In this document: piece by piece, positions 29,313 to 39,299 of the stretch
How positions within the stretch are numbered: position 1 is the stretch's first letter
Layout of the letters: the number at the start of each line of letters is the position of its first letter
Assembly: GCA_035623825.1 (NCBI GenBank)
Contig: DASPSR010000062.1
Location: 88,023-152,022, forward strand
Source: Nitrospirota bacterium
Lineage (GTDB): Bacteria; Nitrospirota; UBA9217
Direction: 5' to 3'
DNA: 64,000 nucleotides
Notes under the pieces: generated by a model
What the model was told of the DNA's origin: nothing
The model's input: only the letters and a program-made list of their open reading frames with translations
Databases searched by the model: none
Program-made: the position numbers and the translations under genes

Positions 29313-30758
29313 ATACGTGACCTCCGCCTCGAGCTGATCGTTTCGGGAGTACTTTCCAAAGAGGGACTGCGGCGGTCCGGTGAAAGCCACTGCAGTGATC
29401 CCCGCTTTCCAGAAATCCGAAAGAACATAGAAAACATTCTCTTTTGCCATATGGTCCCCGTGCTCCGGATTGTAGCCGATGTTTATGTTCGTCTCGATTT
29501 TCTGGTTCATCAAGCCCACCCTGAGGTTCGCCCAAATGAGGGTTTCAACGCTCCTCTCGTACAGTTTATCGACATTTCCGAAGATCACCGTCTGCTGGAC
29601 CTGCAAGGTCAAAAGACCGTCCTCGAAAAGCCGGTAATCCGCTCCGATGCCGTAGTCCACTGTATCGTGCTTCTCCTCGATGGGATTCAGGGGATAGATG
29701 CCCGGCGCGGGAACTGTCGGATACCCCCAGAGCTCTTGGCTTATGTTGAGATATCTATTGAAGGTGTACGCTGCTTCCGCACGCAGGCTCCAGTCACCAG
29801 TAACCGCAGCCGCGTCGAATCCGGCTGCCGTTATCCTGTGAAAGTCGGGGACATATCCCGGGTTGATGATTATTTGCCCCCCTGAGGGGATAATACTGAA
29901 CGACGTGGTCTTGAACACCGGCCGCGGATCGTAGCCGTGAAAAAGGTCAAGCGCCCACTCGATGTCGCCTGCATGCCGGATACGCAGGCCGACATTACTA
30001 TTCTCGATTGTACGTCCTGGCAGAACAGGTTCCTGAGGCACGATTTCCGAGTTTGGTATCATGCTGGCGAGTGTTGCAACCATCGAGATACCCGCCCATC
30101 GTTCGTCCGGCATGGGAAGCCGGTAGGGTACGAGGACTGGCACCCAGACAGCCTCATAGGTCCAGTCACCATGGTTCAGAGTTGCGGACAACGAAGGGAC
30201 GCCGATCTTCCGGTCCTCGAGGGGTTTGCCGAGGAACTGTGTGTAATCCCATGGATTCAAGAGGTCGTTCGGCGGAAATTCATCCAGCCTCCCCCAGGCA
30301 AAACGTTGGAAACCAGCCCTGAGAATAAGGTTGCCTGATGTGCGAGTTGCGAAAAGTTCCTTAAGCTCAAGATAAGGCGTGTTGCTCTGGTACACTTGGT
30401 AGTAGTTCTTGAACAGCTTCTCGTCACGCGGGGGCCGCTTTACGCTTCCGTCCCACCCGCCCTCGAGCCATGAATGAAAGCTCCAGGCATCTGGCGGTGT
30501 GTCGATCTTGATACGTCCCGTCAGGCTCGGGTCTTCCTTCACACTGTCATCATCGAAAGCATACACACCGCGCAAATCCATCTTGCCAGTGACGGAGACA
30601 GGCCCGTCTGCGGAGGAATGGGGGGGTGAGGACAGATAACACGCAAGCGCCGGGACAATGAAGATCAGCTTGAGGTTCCAGCGTTTCCCCTTTCTTGAAG
30701 GGGGAAAAAGGGGGATTCGGCTTGGAAGTTTTTCGATGATTTCTCTGCCCTTATTCAT
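29304..30758 (-). CDS. Putative outer-membrane beta-barrel (DUF1302-like); start uncertain
   Basis: LRAGFQRFAWGRLD...DLLNPWD, amphipathic strands, C-terminal EVTYSW. Confidence 0.72.
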   Translation of the reverse strand: MNKGREIIEKLPSRIPLFPPSRKGKRWNLKLIFIVPALACYLSSPPHSSADGPVSVTGKMDLRGVYAFDDDSVKEDPSLTGRIKIDTPPDAWSFHSWLEGGWDGSVKRPPRDEKLFKNYYQVYQSNTPYLELKELFATRTSGNLILRAGFQRFAWGRLDEFPPNDLLNPWDYTQFLGKPLEDRKIGVPSLSATLNHGDWTYEAVWVPVLVPYRLPMPDERWAGISMVATLASMIPNSEIVPQEPVLPGRTIENSNVGLRIRHAGDIEWALDLFHGYDPRPVFKTTSFSIIPSGGQIIINPGYVPDFHRITAAGFDAAAVTGDWSLRAEAAYTFNRYLNISQELWGYPTVPAPGIYPLNPIEEKHDTVDYGIGADYRLFEDGLLTLQVQQTVIFGNVDKLYERSVETLIWANLRVGLMNQKIETNINIGYNPEHGDHMAKENVFYVLSDFWKAGITAVAFTGPPQSLFGKYSRNDQLEAEVTYSW

Positions 30759-30785
30759 CCGTACCTGACTATGGCCGAACCTCTA

Positions 30786-31565
30786 TCATTTGCCCGCCCG
30801 CTCAAGCGATTGCTGTGAGAAGAGGTCGTCTGGAAAATGCGTATGGTACTGGATGCTCTCGATCGTGAGCTCGGTTCGATGTGCCGTCTTTTTGTTCTCC
30901 ATGTAGAGTTTGAACGGCGTGGGGATCCCGTCGATGATGCGGATATCCGTGAACACCCCGGTACGGTAAAGCTCTTTTTCCTGATAATAATCGATCTTGA
31001 GATGGATCCAGAGATCTTTCGCCACCCAGGCGATGTAGTGCGTGTATTTCCTGTGCATCTTGGGAGTCACCTCGACCACATAGCATGGCTTGCCGTCGAC
31101 TTCATCTTCTCTGATGATGCTGAACCGGTAATCATCGAGGTTGGGGGGGCCGCCGAAGTCATCGTACGAGAAATCAGAGCCGAAGAAGGAGTCATCCTGT
31201 GAGCCCGTAGGGATGCGCCTGACGCGCTTGTACTCGGGGAAATAAGCCCAGAGATCCCGGCTGGCAAAGGTATGAGCATGGATCAGGAACCCGACGTTCT
31301 TTAGGTCGGGCGGGCTTTTGAACACAACGAGCACCTTGTACGCCTCGGGATCGGCCTTCTTGCTGTATTCTGTAAGGGTCCTTGTCCGCTTACCGCCCCC
31401 CTTGTCAAACAGGATCATCGTGGCTTCGGTCCTCCGGTCGAGAGCCTTGGAACGCACCTCGTGGACCTTCTCGTAAACGTCACGACCGCTCATTGCATGT
31501 GCATCGGGAAGAAACATGAATGACAGGATTATAACGGGAAACAAGAATCCAAGGCGGGAGAACAT
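30786..31565 (-). CDS. LolA-like outer-membrane lipoprotein-sorting protein
   Basis: Signal peptide ending AHA, FKSPPDLKNVGFL, RVRRI...SFFGSDFSYDD. Confidence 0.85.
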   Translation of the reverse strand: MFSRLGFLFPVIILSFMFLPDAHAMSGRDVYEKVHEVRSKALDRRTEATMILFDKGGGKRTRTLTEYSKKADPEAYKVLVVFKSPPDLKNVGFLIHAHTFASRDLWAYFPEYKRVRRIPTGSQDDSFFGSDFSYDDFGGPPNLDDYRFSIIREDEVDGKPCYVVEVTPKMHRKYTHYIAWVAKDLWIHLKIDYYQEKELYRTGVFTDIRIIDGIPTPFKLYMENKKTAHRTELTIESIQYHTHFPDDLFSQQSLERAGK

Positions 31566-31695
31566 GATTGAGCCTCCAGCGCTCAAAGGAAGCGGAGATT
31601 TTTGGAGAGCATTAATAAATGAGCTCAGTATTTTCACGGCGATCTTCGCGCTTTCGCGGCAACGCGGTGCGCTTCTCATGACTGTCAATCCCTGA

Positions 31696-34287
31696 TTATT
31701 CATATGCAAGGGCTTCCACCATATTGGTCTTTGCCGCGCGCCGGGCAGGGTAGATCCCAGCCAGGGCGGCGAGCAGCGCCGCGAGCCCCACGGCCCAGAA
31801 GATCGAAGCGTAATTGACGTGGTACTGCATGCTCGCCCCGTAGTCAACCTTCAGGAATCCCTCGAGGCTCATCCATCCGATGATGATCCCCGCGCATGCG
31901 CCGAGAGCTCCGCCTATGATGCCGAGGAGAATTGACTCGATCACGACCACGTGCGAGACCTGGCGCCGGAGCATGCCGATGGACCGGAGGATCCCGATCT
32001 CGCGCGTCCGCTCGAGCACCGACGCGAGCAGTGTCACGATGATGCCGAGGCAGGCGATCAGCAGGGTGATGATGTTGACCGCATTGTTGACGGCAAATCC
32101 CTGGTCGATGACCTTGCGGATCTCGTTCTTGAAATCCCTGGCCGGGAGCACGAACAACTTGCGATCGGCTCCAAACCTCCTGGCGATCTCATCGCGCACG
32201 GTATCGACATTTTCCTTCGATTTCACCCGAACAGAGAAGGAATCGGCGAGAAATTCCTTCCAATACCTCCGGTAGGTATTGACATCCATGAGGATGGAGC
32301 CTGAGTCGGAGCTGTAGTCTACGTTGATGACCGCTATCTTGAATTCAACGGGTCCCTCCGGTGTCGGGAGAAGGATCGAGTCACCCGGCTTGACGTGCTC
32401 CTGAGCGGCGAGCGCTTCGTTCATGGCGACATAGTTCTGGTTCGGAAGCATTCGTAAAAGGTCCCCGCGGGTCCCCTGAGCCACCATGAAGGGGCTGTAC
32501 TGCATCCTGCGCGGGATGTCCAGGACCAGGAGAAGAATGCGGCGGCCGTGGTAATCCACATATATCTTCCGGAATGGGTCTGCCGAGAGGACGCCCGGGA
32601 CCTTTTCGATCTCTTTCCACATGTCGGCGGGCATTGGGATGTTCTGCGCACCGGTGGTTGCGATGGGATGACCGGATGTCACGATGATGTCCCCGCGGAC
32701 GTACGAGTTTATCCAGTCGAGCACCGACTGCTTCGTGCTGTATATTATCCCGGCAGAGCTCACAAAGACCGAGATGCCGAAGAATATGGCTGCCGCCGCC
32801 ACGGCGTTGCGCCCGATGTTTTTCTGGAGGTTGAGGCCTGCCAGTCTACCGGCCGCGCCTACGCGCGGTGCGACCATGCGTCGGAACAGCGCGAGAAATC
32901 CCTGGAGAACGGACGGCGTTGCGAGCGATATGCCGAGGAGCAAAGATATTGTCGCTGCGAACATGCTCGTCGTGGAATGCAGATAGGGAGACGATTCTGC
33001 AATTTTATACAGGCCCAGAACCGTCGCCGAGAGGGATATCAGGGCCAAGGACGCCGCCTTGAGCGTGCCTCCCGAGAGGAACCCCTCTTCGGAATAGGGT
33101 ACGGAACGGATGGCCGATACCGGCGTTATCCGCGTGCTCGTGATAGCCGGGAAGAGAGCGGCTACCAGACTCGCTGCGATGCCCGTGACAAACCCGACCA
33201 CGATGTTCATCCCGGAGATGGCGACCTCAGTGACCGTTGTCCTCAGGTACAGTTCGGATACGGCTTGTCCCACCACGCCTATTGCCGACCGGGCAAAGAA
33301 AATGCCTACTCCGACACCGAACGCCGAGCCCAGTATCGCGGTCACGAAGGTCTCTCCGAGGAAGAGGGTGAGGATCTGGCTTCGCTTGGCGCCGAGGGCG
33401 CGCAAGATGCCGATCTCTCTTCTTCGCTGCACCACGGATATGGAGACGGCATTATAGATGAGGTACATGCCTACGAACACGGCGATGAAGCTAATGAGGT
33501 TGATGTTCTTCTGGAAACGGGAGATGAGCATCTCGACCTGCTTGGTCCTTCCTGCGGGCGTTTCGACGCTGTACCCTTCGGGGATCGACGTCTTGATGCG
33601 GCCCCGGACCGTCTCGAGATCGGTACCATGGATGATACTGACGTCTATGCGGTCAATGCGCCCTTCCTTGCCGAAGGCCATCTGTGCCGCGGGTAAGTCC
33701 ATGATGGCGATATTTCCGCCCATGGCTTTGGCCGGGCCTTCCGGGTTCAGTAGGCCGCGCACCCGGAAGGTCTGAATACCCTGCACAGTCTGGACCTTGA
33801 TCTTCTGGTCGATTGTTATGCCTTCGCGTTCAGCAAGGGCGCGGGTAACGAGAATGGAGTCCGGCCGTGCGAGGAACAGGAGCGGATCGGGGATATCGGC
33901 GCTCTCCTCGGAGAGCTTGTACTCCCGGATGTTGCTGTCCTGGAGCACGTCGACGCCGAGGATCATGAGCGAAGGCTCTTTCGCTCCGGTGAGGATGCCC
34001 TGCGTGTCTATCACCGGGACCGCGTATTCCACGCCTGGCACGGCCTGAACGCGTTCGATGATGCCTTCGGGAAACCCTGAAGCCGGACCGGTGATCTGGA
34101 GCGCGGCCCTGCCGGTCACGCGATTGATCGAATCTTCAAAGGACCGCGTGACGCTCTTGTTCACGATGCCGATGGAAATGATGGCCGCCACGCCGAGGCA
34201 GATGCCGACAACCGTCATGATCGCATGGACTTTCTGCAGTTTTACGCGCCTGAGGCTGATATAACGGAGCAGATTCCTGATGTTCAT
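31696..34287 (-). CDS. FtsX/MacB-type ABC permease with two repeats
   Basis: Twice RxREIGILRxxG, large periplasmic domains, YPARRAA...EALAYE. Confidence 0.92.
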   Translation of the reverse strand: MNIRNLLRYISLRRVKLQKVHAIMTVVGICLGVAAIISIGIVNKSVTRSFEDSINRVTGRAALQITGPASGFPEGIIERVQAVPGVEYAVPVIDTQGILTGAKEPSLMILGVDVLQDSNIREYKLSEESADIPDPLLFLARPDSILVTRALAEREGITIDQKIKVQTVQGIQTFRVRGLLNPEGPAKAMGGNIAIMDLPAAQMAFGKEGRIDRIDVSIIHGTDLETVRGRIKTSIPEGYSVETPAGRTKQVEMLISRFQKNINLISFIAVFVGMYLIYNAVSISVVQRRREIGILRALGAKRSQILTLFLGETFVTAILGSAFGVGVGIFFARSAIGVVGQAVSELYLRTTVTEVAISGMNIVVGFVTGIAASLVAALFPAITSTRITPVSAIRSVPYSEEGFLSGGTLKAASLALISLSATVLGLYKIAESSPYLHSTTSMFAATISLLLGISLATPSVLQGFLALFRRMVAPRVGAAGRLAGLNLQKNIGRNAVAAAAIFFGISVFVSSAGIIYSTKQSVLDWINSYVRGDIIVTSGHPIATTGAQNIPMPADMWKEIEKVPGVLSADPFRKIYVDYHGRRILLLVLDIPRRMQYSPFMVAQGTRGDLLRMLPNQNYVAMNEALAAQEHVKPGDSILLPTPEGPVEFKIAVINVDYSSDSGSILMDVNTYRRYWKEFLADSFSVRVKSKENVDTVRDEIARRFGADRKLFVLPARDFKNEIRKVIDQGFAVNNAVNIITLLIACLGIIVTLLASVLERTREIGILRSIGMLRRQVSHVVVIESILLGIIGGALGACAGIIIGWMSLEGFLKVDYGASMQYHVNYASIFWAVGLAALLAALAGIYPARRAAKTNMVEALAYE

Positions 34288-34973
34288 GATGCTTCACCCC
34301 GTAAAGCAGTGTCTTCGGATATGCTCCCGTCCCTGAGCGTGATGATCCTCGTGCCGTAAGCAGCGGCTTTCGAATCGTGGGTCACCATCACGATCGTTTG
34401 GCCCTCGGCGTGCAGGCCCTTGAGCAGGAGCAATATATCCGAGCTCGTTCTTGAGTCGAGGTTGCCGGTCGGTTCATCCGCAAGCAGCACGGCCGGGCCT
34501 GCGATGAGCGCACGCGCGATCGCCACCCGCTGCATCTCTCCGCCCGAGAGCTGATCGGGACGGTGCTCGGTCCTCTCTCCCAATCCCACCTTGTGCAGGA
34601 GCGCTTCTGCCTTCGCTTTCACTTTTGGATAGGGGGTGCCTTCGAGCAGGAGAGGGAGACTCACGTTCTCGGCTGCGGTGAGGATGGGCAGGAGGTTGAA
34701 GAACTGGAAAATGAACCCCACATGTCTGCGCCGTATGAGCGTGAGCTCGTCATCGGAGATTCCATGGAGCGGCCGGTCGTCGATGAATATTTCTCCCGAA
34801 GTCGGCTGGTCCAGGCCGCCCATGATGTTGAGGAGCGTGCTCTTGCCTGAGCCGCTCGGCCCCATCACGCAGAGGAACTCACCGGTCTTGATGCTGAGCG
34901 TAATGCAACGCAGGGCCTGGATCCCTTTTGTCCCCCGCGTATACATCCTGCTGACGTTCCTCAGCTCTATCAT
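34284..34973 (-). CDS. ABC transporter ATP-binding protein (LolD/MacB-like)
   Basis: GPSGSGKST, LSGGEMQRVAIARAL, LADEPTGNLD. Confidence 0.94.
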   Translation of the reverse strand: MIELRNVSRMYTRGTKGIQALRCITLSIKTGEFLCVMGPSGSGKSTLLNIMGGLDQPTSGEIFIDDRPLHGISDDELTLIRRRHVGFIFQFFNLLPILTAAENVSLPLLLEGTPYPKVKAKAEALLHKVGLGERTEHRPDQLSGGEMQRVAIARALIAGPAVLLADEPTGNLDSRTSSDILLLLKGLHAEGQTIVMVTHDSKAAAYGTRIITLRDGSISEDTALRGEAS

Positions 34974-35170
34974 GTGTCGCCTCAATCTTATTTTAGTCGC
35001 ACGGCTGATTGTTGTAAAGTCATTTATATGCCATAATGACAATGTAGGCCTCAAATCTGTTTTTACAAAAAACCGATTTTATGCTATAACACCTGTGCCC
35101 GGTTGTATTGTCATTTACGGCAGACAGCCCCTCTCTATGCAGGGGTGATCCGTTTAACAGGAGGAACCAC

Positions 35171-35746
35171 ATGAAAGTCATAGCATTCAACGGCAGCGCC
35201 CGAAAGGAAGGGAACACGTCCATTCTCCTGAACATGGTTTGCGATGAATTGAAAGCGGAGGGGATCGAGACCGAGATATACGCGCTGGCGGGAAAGCCGA
35301 TCCAGGGATGCATCGCATGCTACAAATGTTTTGAGAACAAGAACAAGAGGTGTGCCGTTGAAAAGGACATCCTCAACGAGTGCATCCAGAAGATGATCGA
35401 AGCTGACGGCATCCTTCTCGGTTCTCCCACCTATTTCGCGGATGTATCCGCCGGCATGAAGGCATTGATCGAGCGGTGCGGCATGGTGTCGAGGGCGAAC
35501 GGGGATATGCTCAAGCGCAAGGTGGGGGCGGGCGTTGTCGCGGTGCGGCGTGCCGGAGCCATGCACGTATTTAGTTCCCTCAACTCGTTCTTTCTCATCA
35601 GCCAGATGATCATCCCGGGATCAAGTTATTGGAATCTTGCAATCGGGAGGCAGCCAGGTGAGGTGAACAATGACGTCGAGGGCGTGCAGACCATGAAGAA
35701 CCTGGGGAAGAACATAGCGTGGCTGCTGAAAAAGATCAATGGCTGA
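35171..35746 (+). CDS. Iron-sulfur flavoprotein / NADPH-dependent FMN reductase family
   Basis: FNGSARKEGNT, CIACYKC-x7-C, GSPTYF. AGGAGG SD. Confidence 0.92.
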   Translation: MKVIAFNGSARKEGNTSILLNMVCDELKAEGIETEIYALAGKPIQGCIACYKCFENKNKRCAVEKDILNECIQKMIEADGILLGSPTYFADVSAGMKALIERCGMVSRANGDMLKRKVGAGVVAVRRAGAMHVFSSLNSFFLISQMIIPGSSYWNLAIGRQPGEVNNDVEGVQTMKNLGKNIAWLLKKING

Positions 35747-35921
35747 CGAGAAAAGACCATGCAACGAACCCGGACGGAACCGTCCGGGCGTGCGGATCGA
35801 ACGCGTGCCGCCAGCTCGGGGATGGTACCATGGTTACCACCTGCCTCACAGGTAATGCCCGTGAATGGCCTCTTTTCGGCACCCTCGTGCAATCAGGGAG
35901 GCTGGAGACCGGCGTAGTCAC

Positions 35922-35955
35922 AAAAAAAGGTTAGCATACAATGCTAACCCTTTTT
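35922..35955. terminator. Bidirectional terminator between convergent genes
   Basis: AAAAAAAGGTTAGCAT-ACA-ATGCTAACCCTTTTT. Confidence 0.8.
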
Positions 35956-36059
35956 CGTTTTCTCCATTTGCCATGCGGCAAGTGAGAGGCATCGGGTGAA
36001 AATGAATCACAACAAAACGTCCTTATCCATGCTGCTCGATGCTTCCCACCTCAAATGCA

Positions 36060-36227
36060 TCAGTCCGAACAATGCGGGCAACCTCCGTTGCACCGTATAC
36101 AGAATGAACGACTGCAGGGAAGGTATGCTCCACCTTCGTTCTCTCGATTAAGCAAGTGATCACGTGATTGATCATACGCATAGAGTATCCGGTCTCCCCA
36201 AATTTGCCAACCTGGTATTGTCCTCAT
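36060..36227 (-). CDS. 55-aa Cys-rich small protein (below the ORF-track cutoff)
   Basis: AGGAGGAGGT SD then MRTIPGWQIWGDRILYAYDQSRDHLLNRENEGGAYLPCSRSFCIRCNGGCPHCSD*. Confidence 0.65.
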   Translation of the reverse strand: MRTIPGWQIWGDRILYAYDQSRDHLLNRENEGGAYLPCSRSFCIRCNGGCPHCSD

Positions 36228-36314
36228 CGTTACCTCCTCCTAATTGGTAATGGTGAAGCTCATGCCTGATATTCGTCCATTCCGTGACTCCCTACATTTA
36301 TGTTAGTCACAGCC

Positions 36315-36365
36315 TTGACATATGTCCAATATATTGATAATATCGTGTCAATATTTATCAAATAT
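36315..36365. promoter_or_regulatory. LysR promoter with an AT-rich dyad
   Basis: TTGACA-17-TAATAT. TTGATAA...TTATCAA inverted repeat in the divergent intergenic region. Confidence 0.55.
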
Positions 36366-37260
36366 GGAACTACGACATCTCAAATACTTTGTTGCAGTGG
36401 CTGAGGAACTTCATTATGGGAGGGCTGCCAGAAAGCTTAATATCGCACAGCCGCCACTGAGCCAGCAGATCATGAATCTGGAAGAGGAGCTCGGGATAAA
36501 GCTTTTTGACAGGTCCAAGCGAAACATTCAGATGACCGCTGCCGGCAGTCATTTTCTTAAAGAGGCCAAGCAGGTCCTTTTGCAGGTCGAACAGGCCGCT
36601 GAAACAGCCAGAATGATTTACGGCGGGAAGGCCGGGCGTCTGGTAGTAGGGTTTGTGGGCTCAGTGATCCATACTTTTTTGCCCGAAGGGCTGCGATTGT
36701 TCCGTGAACGCTTCCCGAAGGTAGAAATGGTACTGCATGAGATGAATACCGCGGAACAGATAGCGTCGCTTCATGCAAAACGCATTGATGTCGGATTCCT
36801 CTATATCGGTGCTCAAGACCGCGCGCTCGCGTTCAAGACGCTCACGATGGCGCCTTTGCTGGCGGTATTGCATAACAATCACCCTCTTTCGGGCCGCAAG
36901 TCGGTTCATATCAGACAACTGGCCCACGAACCTTTCATTGCAAACACACGCTCCTCTGAGCCCGTTGTCCGTGATGCATTTATCAGCCTGTGTCATTCTG
37001 CCGGATTCAGCCCGACAATATCTCAGGAAGCGGGGCAGGTGCAAACAGTGTTGGGTCTCGTAGCTTCCGGAATGGGAGCCTGCCTCCTCCCTGATTTTAT
37101 AAAAAATATCAGACGGCCGGGAGTGCAGTATGTCCCCTTGTCAGGATCACCTCCGGAGGTGGAACTTGCCGTTGTCTGGCGCAGAGATAATGCTTCCGTC
37201 CTTGTAGATTCGTTTGTAAATGTGATTGAGTCTTATTCGTATTTCGACTGGGAGCGTTGA
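36364..37260 (+). CDS. LysR-family transcriptional regulator
   Basis: MELRHLKYFVAVAEELHYGRAARKLNIAQPPLSQQI. Confidence 0.95.
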   Translation: MELRHLKYFVAVAEELHYGRAARKLNIAQPPLSQQIMNLEEELGIKLFDRSKRNIQMTAAGSHFLKEAKQVLLQVEQAAETARMIYGGKAGRLVVGFVGSVIHTFLPEGLRLFRERFPKVEMVLHEMNTAEQIASLHAKRIDVGFLYIGAQDRALAFKTLTMAPLLAVLHNNHPLSGRKSVHIRQLAHEPFIANTRSSEPVVRDAFISLCHSAGFSPTISQEAGQVQTVLGLVASGMGACLLPDFIKNIRRPGVQYVPLSGSPPEVELAVVWRRDNASVLVDSFVNVIESYSYFDWER

Positions 37261-37512
37261 AAGCTCTTTTTCCGATGACCCTGCGCGCCAGATGTCACCT
37301 TTCACCGCCTCATGTGCTGTCGATTTTCGTATCGATCGTAATAGCGTAACGTGAAAGCTCCGCACCATTGCGGGACATATCTGTTTCTACGGAACGGCCT
37401 CCGTATCGTTGGACTTCTTTGAATGACGCAAGAGGGTCGTGCCGGGTTGGCCGAATAAAGAAAGTTCTTGACAGAAACGCACTGGTTGGGGTATTGTTGA
37501 ACCGTCACAGCA

Positions 37513-37633
37513 ATCCTCTTTAAGTCTGGTCCGGAGAGGCCAGGAAGGGCAAGAAATGAAAAAGCATAACAGCGGGATAACGCTCCGTATACAAAAGCGA
37601 ACCTTCTCCCCAGACAGGGGAGAAGGTTTTTTT
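37513..37633 (+). promoter_or_regulatory. PyrR-binding loop and attenuator terminator
   Basis: CTTTAAGTCTGGTCCGGAGAGGCCAGGAAGGG matches the PyrR binding-loop consensus. Terminator AACCTTCTCCCC-AGACA-GGGGAGAAGGTT-TTTTT at 37600-37633. TTGACA at 37468. Confidence 0.88.
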
Positions 37634-37671
37634 GTGTCTTTTTTCAATGCATTTCGGGTTCGGGAGCAGAG

Positions 37672-38217
37672 ATGACGGGCCTTAAAGAAAAAGCACTGAT
37701 CCTTGATAACGCCGGCATTGACCGGGCGATGACGAGAATCGCACACGAGATCCTGGAAAAGAACAAGGGCGCAAAGGACATCGTCCTCGTCGGCATCCAG
37801 CGCGGTGGCGTACACCTTGCCAAACGGCTTGCCATCAAGATTAGGGAAATCGAAGGATTGGAACCGCCGGTCGGAAGTCTGGATATCACCATGTACCGGG
37901 ATGATCTGACAACCCGCAAGTCCCAGCCGGTGCCTCAGGTAACGGACATCACCTTTGATATCCAGGGCAAGATCATGGTTCTGGTGGACGACGTTATCTA
38001 TACCGGCAGAACCATCCGGGCGGCGCTTAACAGTGTCATGGACTATGGCAGGCCGCAGCGCATTCAACTCGCGGTACTCGTAGACCGCGGGCATCGGGAA
38101 CTCCCGATCCGCGCCGACTATGTGGGAAAGAATCTCCCAACGTCGGCTAAGGAGAAGGTGGAAGTGATGCTCGCTGAAGACGGTATGGAAGAGAAGGTAG
38201 TGATCCTGGGAGAATGA
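37672..38217 (+). CDS. pyrR: Pyrimidine operon attenuation protein / uracil phosphoribosyltransferase
   Basis: [48 protein letters not shown]. Confidence 0.97.
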   Translation: MTGLKEKALILDNAGIDRAMTRIAHEILEKNKGAKDIVLVGIQRGGVHLAKRLAIKIREIEGLEPPVGSLDITMYRDDLTTRKSQPVPQVTDITFDIQGKIMVLVDDVIYTGRTIRAALNSVMDYGRPQRIQLAVLVDRGHRELPIRADYVGKNLPTSAKEKVEVMLAEDGMEEKVVILGE

Positions 38218-38307
38218 CGACAGGGGGGCAAGGGTTCGGCAGCCAGGTCCCGGGTGAGCGTGGCCCGGAACACCGGAACCCGCCCCCTGGCCATCAATGG
38301 TTTGACT

Positions 38308-39237
38308 ATGGCGCTCAGTTCAAAAGACCTGCTCGGTATACAAGGCATGCCCAAAGACGAGATTGAGCTCATCCTCGATACGGCAGCGACGTTCAAGGAT
38401 GTGTCCGAGCGCGACATCAAGAAGGTACCGACGCTCCGCGGGAAGACGGTCATCAATCTGTTCTACGAGGCGAGCACGCGGACCCGGACATCCTTTGAAC
38501 TGGCTGGCAAGCGGCTCTCGGCCGATGTGATCAATATCTCTACATCGACATCCAGCGTAGTCAAAGGCGAGACGCTTCTTGACACGGCCCTGAACATCGA
38601 AGCCATGAAGTGCGACATCATCATTGTTCGCCATTCCTGCTCGGGCGCCCCGGCGTATCTGTCCACCCGTCTCAAGAGCTCAGTGATCAATGCCGGAGAC
38701 GGATCCCACGAACATCCGACGCAGGCCCTGCTCGACATGTTCACGATTCGTGAAAAGCTCGGAAGGCTCGAAGGACTGACGGTCGCAATCGTGGGCGACA
38801 TAGAACACAGCCGCGTCGCACGATCGAACATTTACGGGCTCTCCACCATGGGGGCTAAGGTTAAGGTCTGCGGCCCTCCGACCATGATCCCGCCCGGGAT
38901 AGAGCGAATGAGCGCAACAGCCTGCTATGACATGGACGAAGCTGTCGAAGGAGCGGACGTGATCATGATGCTCCGGCTCCAGCTTGAGCGCCAGGCCGCG
39001 GGCCTCTTCCCCGGGGTGCGCGAGTATGCGAGACTTTACGGACTGAATCAGGCGCGGGTCGCGCGGGCGGCAAGAAACGCGATGGTGATGCATCCTGGCC
39101 CCATGAACCGCGGGGTGGAGATCTCGTCGGAGGTGGCCGACCATACGCCGGTTATTCTCCATCAGGTCACGAACGGGGTAGCGGTCCGGATGGCGGTGAT
39201 GTTCCTGCTGGCCGGGGCGAGCAAGGCCGAGGCTTAA
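38308..39237 (+). CDS. pyrB: Aspartate carbamoyltransferase catalytic subunit
   Basis: [35 protein letters not shown]. Confidence 0.97.
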   Translation: MALSSKDLLGIQGMPKDEIELILDTAATFKDVSERDIKKVPTLRGKTVINLFYEASTRTRTSFELAGKRLSADVINISTSTSSVVKGETLLDTALNIEAMKCDIIIVRHSCSGAPAYLSTRLKSSVINAGDGSHEHPTQALLDMFTIREKLGRLEGLTVAIVGDIEHSRVARSNIYGLSTMGAKVKVCGPPTMIPPGIERMSATACYDMDEAVEGADVIMMLRLQLERQAAGLFPGVREYARLYGLNQARVARAARNAMVMHPGPMNRGVEISSEVADHTPVILHQVTNGVAVRMAVMFLLAGASKAEA

Positions 39238-39299
39238 ATGAAAGGGCCAGGGACAAAGGTCCGGAAATCGCCCTGGATACGGACTCCTGGCTATAATAC

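Noticed and set aside
35915-35955. Fourth att site, because the hairpin resembles the islet hairpins
   Set aside because: No tRNA fragment or integrase motif is adjacent, and a bidirectional terminator explains it.
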